A program made the translations under genes and the position numbers. This document shows positions 39,150-55,684 of a DNA stretch of 64,000 bases, piece by piece (position 1 is the first letter of the stretch; the number at the start of each line of letters is the position of its first letter). A model generated the notes under the pieces. It was not told where the DNA came from. It did no database searches and was given only the letters and a program-made list of their open reading frames with translations. This DNA is from Amoebidium appalachense (lineage: Eukaryota > Protista > Ichthyosporea). The stretch covers positions 6,207,167 to 6,271,166 of the forward strand of contig CAVNZM010000005.1 of assembly GCA_963693365.1 (NCBI GenBank). The letters run 5' to 3'.

Positions 39150-41410
39150 AGGGGGGAGGGGGGGGGGGGGGGGGGGGGGGGGGGAAACAGTTAAATGCCA
39201 AATGAGTCTTGCCGATAGCCATGGTGAGCATAGCAGAAGAGCCAATGCAAGGATCAAGCTTTTCTTTGCTTGAAGCTCAGGAGCAGGGTAAAAGTCACAT
39301 TTGGGTCTCGGAACATAGTCAACACAGCGCGTACATTTCTGCAAGAAAAAAGAAGCCCCCAATTTTAACGTTGGGACGGATGGCCGGCGGCCACTCGATA
39401 AAAGCCACACGGGAATGATAGCATCGGTTAGATGATTACGGTGCAAGGCATGTACTTGTGTAATCCAGCGTAGAAAAACATTTCAAGAGCCTCTCTCACT
39501 TACTGCAAGGGGAATGCCTAAAAACAAAAAAGAAAAACCAAAAGCAACAACATATACGCGAAGCTCAAATACAGCAGCAAACAGGATTCAGAAAGCGCAT
39601 GGTACACAAATTTATGACCACACGAACGGAGAACAAACAGAAGCACCCACATGCGTGACGCATGGCGCCACGCGCTACCACGTTTCTCTTCCGCTCAGCC
39701 TCCCTTGGAAACCTGGCTTCTCTAAAACGAAACCGAGCAACGACTCTGGCTGACGTGCACGCAGACATCATGTTGAACACATATATGTACACGCACACGC
39801 ACGCATGACTCAGACACACAAAGAGAGAACAATGAGCAGGCTTGGCCGCTCTCGGCCCAGCTTGGAGGTTCGCGATTTTGAAATCCCGCCAAAAATGACG
39901 TAAAGATCGCGATGGAATGTTCCGGGCCAAGATGCGAGTCGGGTTTTTCGGTCGGCTATTTTTAGTTTAGCCAAACATCCGAGCCTATGATAGGAGGAGC
40001 TGTAGCTTGCGGGAAAAGATCCATTCCGCGGGTGTTTCTGGAGCATCACATGACAGATAAGAGATAACGAATAAATGCATACCACAGAAACCGCAAGCGG
40101 CTTTGAACTTGAAGGTATGGATACTTCGGTTGTTTGGGTTACGCATAGTTCGTTGATATGCCATAAAACATTGACAAAAAATGGGCGTTGAAATAACGGG
40201 CCGGGTTTGACTCAATGTACCGGCCAGAAGTTATCTGAATCAAATCCACCCTGATTGGTTAGTTTGTGCCAATCAGGGAAGTGCGCAACCCCCACGACAA
40301 AAACCGCCAGCAATTGGCTCGAACGTTTAATTAAGTCCCCATAAACACATATTACGCTGTGTGTTAGAATCAAACTACAACAGTTCTTTTGTTGACTGCT
40401 CTTTAAATTGATGAATTACACCTCATTTTTATTCCTTATATACCGAAATATATATTTCGAGTAACTTATTTATTTAAAAGTTGGCGACTAATGGCAACCA
40501 CAATTGTAACAATCAAATCCCTTCTAACAGCTAATTTGAGAAACACAACCTCACGTCCCCACAGTAAAAGGTTTTGGGGGCCCTTAACGCTGACGATTAG
40601 AAAATCAGATTGGCTACAAATCATGACATTGTTTGCTGATCTGGGGTTATCGCTAGTCTAAGGATTGCAATGCGCTCGGCAAAAATGCTGGTGCGGCTCA
40701 GGGCAAAACGAGTTATAGGTTTTTGAACCAATGGAATCAGGGGACGTGGCATCAGTTATCCAATCACAACCTGCTCTAATGAGCACTGGGTGGGTGGTGA
40801 CTAAGGGACCAGTATAAGGTGCGTGACGCAATGTTGTTGTGATTTGAGCTCAGAGGTTCAGTGTTATTTTCATTTATACTTGAACACTATCAACATCCGT
40901 GTTTGCAAAATATTGTAGGTTAATCAAGCGAAAATCAATGAAAGCATATTTACATCAGAGTCAACTCATCATTGAACAAATTTGTTCTCATATTTGTTAT
41001 CTGGCGTAAACAAATCAGCAGGCACCACCTAGATGTCAATAGTCATTACAGACCCCCCTTTTCTTTTATTCGAGATTGTGGTAAGTCTGCATAAAATGGG
41101 ATATACAATATATTATGTTTATTAAATATTAAAAAATACACAAATAATAACTTTAAAAGTTTGAATTGAGTCTATTTTGCTAACAAAAAACCCTTAAAAA
41201 AGAGAGTTATTAAAGGAAATACAACTTTCTACTGGCCGTACTTGTGTTAAGACCCTCTTACAATTGGGAGTACAGAAGCCAAAGCATAGTTATTTAAAAT
41301 ATAGTATGCCTTTTCATTCGCCCAAAGTCACGCCCATACCGGTTAGACATCGAGATGGCAGTTTTCGGGAATAAGAAACCCCCCGGCATCACACCCTGAA
41401 AAGTTGCCCG

Positions 41411-41447
41411 CTGATTGGCTGACGCTAAGATGGCTACGCATATATAA
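41411..41447 (+). promoter_or_regulatory. Inverted CCAAT plus TATA core promoter of the kinase gene
   Basis: CTGATTGGCTGACG...TATATAA about 130 nt upstream of the Kozak-context ATG. Same architecture as 16685-16722. Confidence 0.65.
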
Positions 41448-41578
41448 TGCTCCTGTCAACACACTGTGAGCTCAGTCAACCGTTTGTGGCTACTTTTCTT
41501 TCAGATGTCTGGCGATACACAATTAGCTTTCACCCCACCGATTTGCCCCACCCTTTCACTTTCGTTCTCCCGCCAACC

Positions 41579-42565
41579 ATGGAGAACTACGAAGCCGAGG
41601 CGTTCCTTAGCTCTGGCTTTGGGGGCACTGTCCACGTAGCCATTAACAAGACTACAGGTCAAAAGGTAGCTTTGAAGAAAGTGGACAGAACGAAAGATAA
41701 TGCTAGCTGTCTCACACGGGAAGTTTTGTGCGCTCGTAACTTGAAACACGAGAACATCATATCCACTATCGAAGTTAAGGATACGGGACCATCCGTATAT
41801 TTCGTTCAGGAGTACGCTGATAGCGGGGACCTGCACCAGTTTATTCAGCTTGAAGGCGGTGCCTCCACCGAGGGCCAGCTGAAAGACCTTTTTGGTCAGA
41901 TCGTCTCTGCTGTCGAGTATATGCACTCTCGTAATTACTGCCACCGTGATATCAAGCCTGAAAACGTAGTATTGTTTGCAAACGGCGACAAGCTGACTGC
42001 CAAGATCATCGATTTCGGTTTATCAGAATGGGGCAGTCGTGTCGAGGGCCGTGTAGGCACTGACTCTTATGCTGCACCAGAAATCACGAATATCAGCGTG
42101 CACGAAACGGTGGACGGTAAGGCGTCCGACATTTTTTCTCTCGGCGTTTTACTCCACTCGCTTATTGTTGGACGGTTGTGCTGGTCGGAGACGTCTATCC
42201 GCGACCAAAACTACGCTGCCTACCTCGAGGCACGGGCCGAAGGTCGCCCTGGTGCGGTGTTCTTCTGTGACCCCGAGGAGATGAATGTGACGGCACACTT
42301 GACCACGCTTATAGACTCCATGTTGGATCCTGAGCCTTCCAAGCGCCCTACGGCTGCGCAGGTGAAGCAATACCTTGCCAAGCCCTGGTTTGGTGACTTT
42401 GTGAGGGAGGAGGCTGACTGTTTTATGTATGCGAGCAGCAAGGACTCAGGTTGCTCTTGGGCTGACGACGACGATGGCGAGATGGACTTCAGTTCCGTCC
42501 CTGTACCTTGCTTTGGTGATGAGGCTGGACCTATGAACAAGTGCGATTCTGGCTTGTCGTATTAA
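41579..42565 (+). CDS. Intronless Ser/Thr protein kinase (CAMK-group-like), 328 aa
   Basis: VALKK, alphaC Glu (LTREV), HRDIKPEN, DFG, GTDSYAAPE and DIFSLG are all present. The ATG at 41579 is in a CCAACCATGG context. The longer ORF start at 41447 overlaps the TATA box and is unlikely to be used. Confidence 0.92.
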   Translation: MENYEAEAFLSSGFGGTVHVAINKTTGQKVALKKVDRTKDNASCLTREVLCARNLKHENIISTIEVKDTGPSVYFVQEYADSGDLHQFIQLEGGASTEGQLKDLFGQIVSAVEYMHSRNYCHRDIKPENVVLFANGDKLTAKIIDFGLSEWGSRVEGRVGTDSYAAPEITNISVHETVDGKASDIFSLGVLLHSLIVGRLCWSETSIRDQNYAAYLEARAEGRPGAVFFCDPEEMNVTAHLTTLIDSMLDPEPSKRPTAAQVKQYLAKPWFGDFVREEADCFMYASSKDSGCSWADDDDGEMDFSSVPVPCFGDEAGPMNKCDSGLSY

Positions 42566-42621
42566 CGTAAGGCATGAAAATTGAATAGAGTACAGTACGA
42601 GTCGGACCTGTTCTGGTTTTT

Positions 42622-42733
42622 CTTGTTAATTTAGAAATGTGTCTAAGGCTAGAAACTTTCTTGTATAATTTAGAATGTGTCTGAGGCTAGAAACTTTCTT
42701 GTTAATTTAGAAATGTGTCTGAGGCTAGAAACT
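42622..42733. repeat. About 3 tandem copies of a ~40-bp unit
   Basis: AATTTAGAA(A)TGTGTCT(A/G)AGGCTAGAAACT(TTCTTG) is repeated three times. Confidence 0.85.
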
Positions 42734-42959
42734 CAGCAACTGTGTATACAAAAATGTATTGGTGTTCAGTACCTTTTTTTTAGAGAAATGATATATAACT
42801 AATAATATTTGATTAGGGAAAGAGATTTTTTTTTAAACGAAAAAGTAAAAAGAATAAACGAAAGTTCAGTAGGTTTTTATGAGTCCTTCTCACTTTGGAC
42901 TGTGCTTTTTTAGCTTTGTAAATGTACACCAAAAAAAAAAAAAAAAAATCCTTAGCTCA

Positions 42960-43503
42960 GGCTCAGTGGGTATATGCATGAAAAATTTGTGCATGCGAAA
43001 GAAACAATACACCCTGGAGGTGAAAGACGATTAAAATGTCGAACTCCGAAAAACGTAAATTGTGGATGTCTGCCCAATAAACTTGGTGCGTGCAGGCTCA
43101 GTGGGTACATGCATGAAAAATTTGTGCATGCGAAAGAAACAATACACCCTGGAGGTGAAAGACGACGAACTCCGAAAAACGTAAATTGTGGATGTCTGCC
43201 CAAGAAACTTGGTGCGTGTGAAAATTAGAACAAATAAAACAAAAACGTAAGAAGTAAATACTCAGTAGCTTCACTCCGTCCAGTAAACGAGATGTGCAGG
43301 TATATGCAAGAAAAATTTGTGCACGCGAAAGAAACAATACACACTGGAGGTGAAAGACGATTAAAATGTCGAACTCCGAAAAACGTAAATTGTGGATGTC
43401 TGCCCAAGAAACTTGGTGCGTGTGAATATTAGAACAAATAAAACAAAAACGTAAGAAGTAAATACTCAGTAGCTTCACTCCGTCCAGTAAACGAGATGTG
43501 CAG
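42960..43503. repeat. Compound tandem repeat (A-A'-B-A-B; A ~125-135 bp, B ~80 bp)
   Basis: The A unit GAAAAATTTGTGCA..GAAAGAAACAATACAC..TGGAGGTGAAAGACGA..AACTTGGTGCGTG occurs 3 times. The B unit TTAGAACAAATAAAAC..AAACGAGATGTGCAG occurs twice. Confidence 0.9.
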
Positions 43504-43633
43504 CGAGCTGTAGTTATAAAATACATCTTACTCCCGTCGACTGCAAGCTACAACAGTTGACAGTAGGTCTTTTGTAAGGTTGTACTGGAAAATGTAAAGA
43601 TCTGCAGCCAGTCAAGGCCATCTTGCGTGATGG

Positions 43634-43790
43634 AACAAATATTAGCGGGGGCAGTGGTGTGATGTGCCCAAAAGCTTGTACACTTTGGAACAAATATTAG
43701 CCGGGGCAGTGGTGTGATGGCCAAAAACCTAATATTCGGGACAAATATTTTATAGAGCTGGAGCTGGGGCAGTGGTGTGATGTGCCAAAT
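43634..43790. repeat. Three degenerate ~55-65-bp tandem units with core GGGGCAGTGGTGTGATG
   Basis: Core at ~43647, ~43703 and ~43766, each preceded by ACAAATATT. Confidence 0.75.
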
Positions 43791-44390
43791 GTTTACAACT
43801 GCGGCACAAATCCTAGTCAGGGCAGCGGAGCCAGGGCAGGGCAAGGAAGGGCAGGGAAAGGGAAGCACGGCGAAGCAAGGGATCCATAGAGAGGGAGGAA
43901 AAGGTTGTGCAGGTGCATGCACGTGCAGTGCTTGACCATCTGCGTGACCGGTGTCAATTAATTATTTCGCTTACTGAACAATCGGAAGCTTGTAACGTGT
44001 GGGCCAAGAACAGCACAGCATGTACACACGTACAGAACAGGAAAAGAAAAAGAAAAAAACAAATTAAACCCCTCTCCCCTCCTCCTCCCCCCTCCCCTCC
44101 CCTGCACCCCCCACCCCTCCCCCCGGCTCCCCTCCCCCCCCCCCTCCCCTCCCCCCCCCCCCCCCCCCCCCCCCCGCCCTCCTGCAGCCCGGCCCGAGCG
44201 CTCACATTGGTCAGTCGGCGGCGCACGAGCACACACACCGTGGCACACACGCAGAGTGGTGCGCACGCATACACACACGCACACACACACACACACACTC
44301 ATACACACACACACACGCGCGCGCACACACACACGCACACGCACACACACACACACACACACCTGGCAGGCACACACACAGGCAAGCACA

Positions 44391-44450
<60 letters not shown>

Positions 44451-45151
44451 AAAACATGGACATTCTTCCACTCACTCACACACTGAGAGAGAGACACACA
44501 CACAAATGCACAACAGCGGAAAAGATGTCACTAAACACACTCAAGGCCAAACCACACCGTCTCCCCCTTTCCCCCCCTCCCCCCCCCCCCCCACCCCCGA
44601 TGAGCGGGGGCGACGTGCAAAAAGAAAACAACAGCTTGGAGATTCATATAAATTGCTAACAGTATGTACACATGATCGCATTAATCTTGTATTGTTGCTG
44701 TCTAGCTATGTACCTTGTTGGGTAAAAGTATGTGGCACCACATCGCAGCCTCGGTGGCACATGCATGTAGTTAGCAAACAGCACGTTTTCCCCCGTGTGC
44801 ATTGTTTTAACAGTGTGCATTATATACGAGGTCATAGAGCTACCTTGAGCTACTGTTGACATCTCAAAGACAACATGTGTGGTCCCCCTGTGGTGGAATG
44901 CATGCAGCTGCTTCCAGCGACAATTAGACCGACATAGCAGTCGTGTCCCTGAGCACAGCCAGTTTGACCAGAAGCCAGCAAAACCAACATTCCAGCAGTG
45001 CTCGAACACATTACTTGGTCATGCGTGCATACAAAATTTGTCACCGAGGGCCTGCTTGAGCCTAAGCAGCGGCTTCAAAGGCCTCAAAGAGTGGACCACT
45101 TTCTAGATGGCCGTAACCAGAATGGTACAGTTGAGCTATGTATATACAAGC

Positions 45152-45343
45152 GGGGTTTACGCTGTTTACTCGAGGCAAAGAGAACCAGTCTCAGGTATGG
45201 GGGGGGGGGTTTTGCTCGGAATATCCCCTCAGCGGTATATCATGATCACGTACATAGATGTCGGGTGGTGACTATATATCAGGGTTTACTTTCTCTACGA
45301 GACACCATAAAGACTACAAGGAGAAATCAATTAGTTGGGGTTC

Positions 45344-45379
<36 letters not shown>

Positions 45380-45411
45380 GGGCTCCCCTCGGGACACTCG
45401 GTATCAGCTGG

Positions 45412-45464
<53 letters not shown>

Positions 45465-47378
45465 TGTGTGTGTGTGCGCGTGCGCTATAATTTTGTAGTG
45501 ATGTGTTTCTCAAGCCAATCAATACATCTAATAAACAGGTCGTAGTTACGCGTGTTTAGTATAAAATCAAGGATGTTGTAATTTACAGGTAGGCTATCTT
45601 TCTGGGTGTCTGTTGTGAATGTGACGTGTGTGTGTTGCGGTATTATGTGGTCTATCAAACTACATTTGGCGATACATGACCGGTTAAACTGGTGTGTGTG
45701 TGTGTTGTTTGGGCATGCAAATGATGCCACCTTATACTTATTAGATCTCCACTGTATAGCACGTGTACAGTAAAAGCGTGGTAATTGATCAATAATACCA
45801 TCAGCTAGAGAAAGACCAGTTCTACAGGAAGGTAATATGTATTTAGGTGTTATACACTTGCGAGTGCCATATTTGGCAATATGGTTGAGGCGGTCAGTAT
45901 ATATAAAACGAGACATAAGGCTTAGTTTTTCAAGGTGTATGCTTTCATCGGGTCTAGTGTCGTGTGGTATCTTTTTCCATTTGTTATATTGCGTGATTAT
46001 CTTGTGATTGTGTACATGTTTAATAAGTAAGTGGCAGTCCAAAGTCACACACACACTATTGCGGGGTTTATTTGTATTTGTGCCCAGGGGAGAAGGGGAG
46101 AGAGAGGGGAGGAAAGAGGGGAGAGGTGAGGAGGGGACAGGTCGGATAGAGAAGAGAGGGTGGGAGGGCAAATACTTCTTTAAGCGGCTTATGTGCTTAT
46201 TGAATTTCAGCGCGAGATAGGATACTCTAGCAGCTATTGGGACCAGACCATATATCGAGAGCGTTACAGGCCCAGGTTTACAACAGTTGTTAGATAGAAA
46301 GGAGGCAACTTCTGCTTCAAGGAAATTTGCCAAGGGTTTAAGCGCTCTAGTTCTCTCTTTCTTGATCCAAGCGGCGAGAAGGGGTAAACCATATTCACAT
46401 GCCGGGAAGACAAAAGTGCGAATAAATGTAAGTCTAATAGAAGGATGGAGGGGTGTGTCTTTAAAAATATTAGCCGAGAAGAAAGCTAACCGCTTACGAG
46501 CCAACTCTACCCTCTTTTCGACCATATGGGGAAACATAACACCAACAGAATCAACCGGAACACCAAGATATTTGTATTCTGGAACTATAGGTACAGGTTT
46601 AGATGATAATGTAAATGTGTGTAAATTGTTAGCTATATCAGGTACAAGAACACCACATTTGTCTATGTTAAGGATCATAAGGTTTGCCTTGCACCACTCT
46701 GACACTACATCGAACAATCTTTGCAGGCGTCTAGGGGTACGGGCAAGGAGGGACAGATCATCAGCATAGAGAAGTGCAGGCGGAAAGTTATTAATAGGGT
46801 CATCGTTTTCGGCGTAAATCTTGACAGCCAAATCATCTATAAATAGGTTAAACAAAAAGGGGCTAAGCAATGAACCCTGCAAGAGACCTCTAGTACGAGC
46901 AAAACCATATGAAAGATGCCCATTAACCACAGCTCTACCATAGGTTTGAGACAAGAGTGCTTCTAACAGAACACCAATGCAGTGTGGTACACCCCGTGCA
47001 GCAAGCTTTTCCCATAGGAGACCAGGGGAGACAGAATCGTAAGCAGTTTTCCAATCAATAAAGCCAACATATTGTGCACCAACTTGCATAGAATCGTGCA
47101 GTGCCATTATTTGAACATAACATGAATTGTTTTTACGAAAAGCGGATTGGCATGGGTGTATGTGAAGAATAGATTGAAACCTAGGGTGATGTGCAAATAA
47201 CCTAAGTAAGCAAGCTTCAAAGAATCTACGAACAACCTGGGTTAGTGTAATGGGGCGAAAGGATGATATGGGGCCCTCAGAGTCCTTCTTAACTATGGGG
47301 ATCACTAAGGTATCTAACCAAGATGACGGGACATGTCCACATTTAACACACCAAGAAAAGAGAGAGCTTAACATGATA
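45152..47378 (-). mobile_element. Family-1 non-LTR retrotransposon, 5'-truncated and joined to 5S rRNA; 3' UTR = (CA)n, A-tract, then a ~195-nt module
   Basis: RT ORF plus a 3' region shared with the copy at 6463-6884, which defines the 3' boundary (GGGGTTTAC on the + strand). Confidence 0.9.
45485..47374 (-). CDS. Non-LTR reverse transcriptase (629 aa, uninterrupted) with C-terminal Cys/His-containing domain; no endonuclease visible
   Basis: VPSSW..VIPIVKK, FRPITL, QSAFR, FIDWKTAYDSV, GLLQGSLLSP, YADD, NIDKC and YKYLGV. It starts inside RT subdomain 0 and lacks the upstream KAPGxDG motif. Confidence 0.93.
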   Translation of the reverse strand: MLSSLFSWCVKCGHVPSSWLDTLVIPIVKKDSEGPISSFRPITLTQVVRRFFEACLLRLFAHHPRFQSILHIHPCQSAFRKNNSCYVQIMALHDSMQVGAQYVGFIDWKTAYDSVSPGLLWEKLAARGVPHCIGVLLEALLSQTYGRAVVNGHLSYGFARTRGLLQGSLLSPFLFNLFIDDLAVKIYAENDDPINNFPPALLYADDLSLLARTPRRLQRLFDVVSEWCKANLMILNIDKCGVLVPDIANNLHTFTLSSKPVPIVPEYKYLGVPVDSVGVMFPHMVEKRVELARKRLAFFSANIFKDTPLHPSIRLTFIRTFVFPACEYGLPLLAAWIKKERTRALKPLANFLEAEVASFLSNNCCKPGPVTLSIYGLVPIAARVSYLALKFNKHISRLKKYLPSHPLFSIRPVPSSPLPSFLPSLSPSPLGTNTNKPRNSVCVTLDCHLLIKHVHNHKIITQYNKWKKIPHDTRPDESIHLEKLSLMSRFIYTDRLNHIAKYGTRKCITPKYILPSCRTGLSLADGIIDQLPRFYCTRAIQWRSNKYKVASFACPNNTHTHQFNRSCIAKCSLIDHIIPQHTHVTFTTDTQKDSLPVNYNILDFILNTRNYDLFIRCIDWLEKHITTKL

Positions 47379-47481
47379 AGATTACAGCACGTGGTATTCC
47401 CGCGTGGTCCCCCACCGCAGTACTAACCACGCCCATAGCAGTTTAACTTCCCAGATCGGACGAGATGGGGTGCTTTCTGCT
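47379..47481 (-). rRNA. 5S rRNA, 5'-truncated (about nt 18 to the 3' end); probably a retroposed pseudogene
   Basis: The reverse complement reads AGCAGAAAGCACCCCATCTCGTCCGATCTGGGAAGTTAAACTGCTATGGGCGTGGTTAGTACTGCGGTGGGGGACCACGCGGGAATACCACGTGCTGTAATCT. It has the universal 5S hallmarks (CTCGTCCGATC, GGTTAGTAC, GGGAATAC..GTGCTG) but lacks the 5' strand of helix I. Confidence 0.92.
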
Positions 47482-48239
47482 TCAAAATGACGTCATAACT
47501 GCGTCATTGTTGCTAAAAATAATAACACACGATCTATACCTGCCATACATGGTAGTTCCGCGAAAATCTCAACATTATCAGACCGTGCTGCTGCACATTG
47601 TAATGTGTGACAATAGACATGTGTATGAGAAAAACACCGACATGGAAAAAGGAGTGCTTAGGTCTTTTATGCGACCCAAGCCTTCAGGGCTGTATACGGC
47701 ACGGCCCCGGATTCTTGGGCTGTAGTTCGATCCTGGCCGGGCCGTGAGTGAATTTTTTTTTTTCTTTTTTCAAAAAATAATTTTTTTCCAGCTCCAAAAA
47801 TATCACACGGCAGGTCTCGTCGAGATATGTCGATTGCACCAAGAAACGTCTAAAGTTTATATCAGTGGGTATTCGAGAAACATGCTTGCAAGAATTGATG
47901 ACGTCACAAGCCCCCTAATTGGCCTGAAAATTTATCCATGAGAAAAAATTCTGCGGGTTTCATTTTTTTTTTACGTTTTGAGACGTCAGTTTGTAGCCCT
48001 TGATGAGACGCATCGAAAAATGTGTCTTTTACCCGAATGGGATAGACTGCGGGTAAGTTATTAGATCGCGAAATTTATAGGATCTATTTTTCCGGATGGG
48101 TCAATCTACGATGTCCGACACCATAGAACGTTCGTTCCGTAGTCAACCTCGGCAGTGGTCTTTCTTTTCTCTCGTTTCGGTTTTTTCTTTTTCTTTTTTC
48201 TTTTACGCAATATACCTCTACCTCCGGCAGGGAGCGAGA

Positions 48240-54271
<6,032 letters not shown>

Positions 54272-54535
54272 GCCGGCCTGAATTTCTTTGTCTGCTCTGC
54301 CTTTTCTCCGGATTTTCTCTTTCTTTTTTGCTTCTTTTCCCGAGCTTTTCTGTCTTTTCTCCCCATTTTTTAACCGATTTCTGGTATTAGCCTTTCATTG
54401 ACGTTTAACTTCGATGCTGCTATTTTTTTTTAGTGGGGTCTCAGAACGTCAAGAACTTTTTCCCGCTTTCGTATGGTGGTGTAACCTGAGGGTGGGAAGC
54501 CTCGGGGAGAAGGAAAGGGGGGGGGGGGGGGGAAG

Positions 54536-54572
<37 letters not shown>

Positions 54573-55003
54573 TGGACATATGTACGAAGGTAGCCCGTGA
54601 GTCTCTGTATAGGTTTTATGACTGGTTGGGATGAATGAATGAGGTGATGGTGCTCCCATGGGATAGGTTTATGTCACTGGATGCGATGGGTGTTAAAGTT
54701 AAAGCCCCGACACATACTTATTGCTTTTGTAGATTTACGCAAAAACCACACACATGTACCAGGTTTTCGAATTTGGCGGTGGTTGCCGATTATACTGGAA
54801 AGGGAATTATATCCCAGTAACGTAAATGAAACCCCATGGAAAGGTTCGGGTCGTGAAAGTGAATTTTGTTGTGGTAAAAGTCCTAAAGGTCTTATTTTAA
54901 AGATCGAGGGTTTGAATCAAATATTGAAATTCTACGCCCATTGTGCACTCGTAGGATTATTTCTGCATGGGAGGGCACATTACACCCGTACTGCCTCCCC
55001 CGG

Positions 55004-55042
<39 letters not shown>

Positions 55043-55294
55043 CCAACCAACCAACCAACCAACCAAAAAAAAAAAAACATACGCACCTGAGGCCCTCCGC
55101 CATTATTAAAATTCTTCACAGATGATTATTAAGAAATTGCATATGTGGCAACCGAACCTCGCACATAAGAACACTGCGACCTTTAAAACAGAAAAAACGA
55201 GAAGCGAGCTCCCCACACCCCACCCCTCCATCCCCCTATAGCTACATCTTTGTTTCACTTTCAATGGTCAAATAGTCTCCCCTAACACACGTGC

Positions 55295-55390
<96 letters not shown>

Positions 55391-55429
55391 GACACACACA
55401 CACACACACACAAATACAAACACGCACAT

Positions 55430-55481
<52 letters not shown>

Positions 55482-55684
55482 CATGAAATAAAGGTGGATT
55501 TGTGGAATTTGTTGACATAAATTATGTCCTGTGGAGTACGTAGGCAGTTGTGTTCATCTAGCTCCCGATTGGCTCGTTAGTTTTGTTTGTGTTTAATTGG
55601 TTGCGGGATTGTTTGGTTTGCTTGCAGCCAATCGGATCGTGATCTGGGCTTCCACGCGTGGGTATATAAGGCAGCCCGATTGAT

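Noticed and set aside
35936-39930. Possible minus-strand spliced gene (ORFs at 35936-36250 and 38976-39446)
   Set aside because: No frame-consistent exon chain or known motif could be built; it may be non-coding.
41447-41578. N-terminal extension of the kinase ORF
   Set aside because: The start overlaps the TATA box, whereas the ATG at 41579 has Kozak context and begins the kinase domain.
43634-43790. CRISPR-like repeat-spacer pattern
   Set aside because: Only three degenerate units, the spacers share sequence, there are no cas genes, and the context is eukaryotic.
45180-45290. Group I intron R/S-like words (GAGACT, ATATAGTC) and a U1-like ATCATGATCACG in the family-1 3' module
   Set aside because: The order is wrong for a group I core, the S-like word is not kept in the 16244 homolog, and there is no U1 5' end or Sm site.
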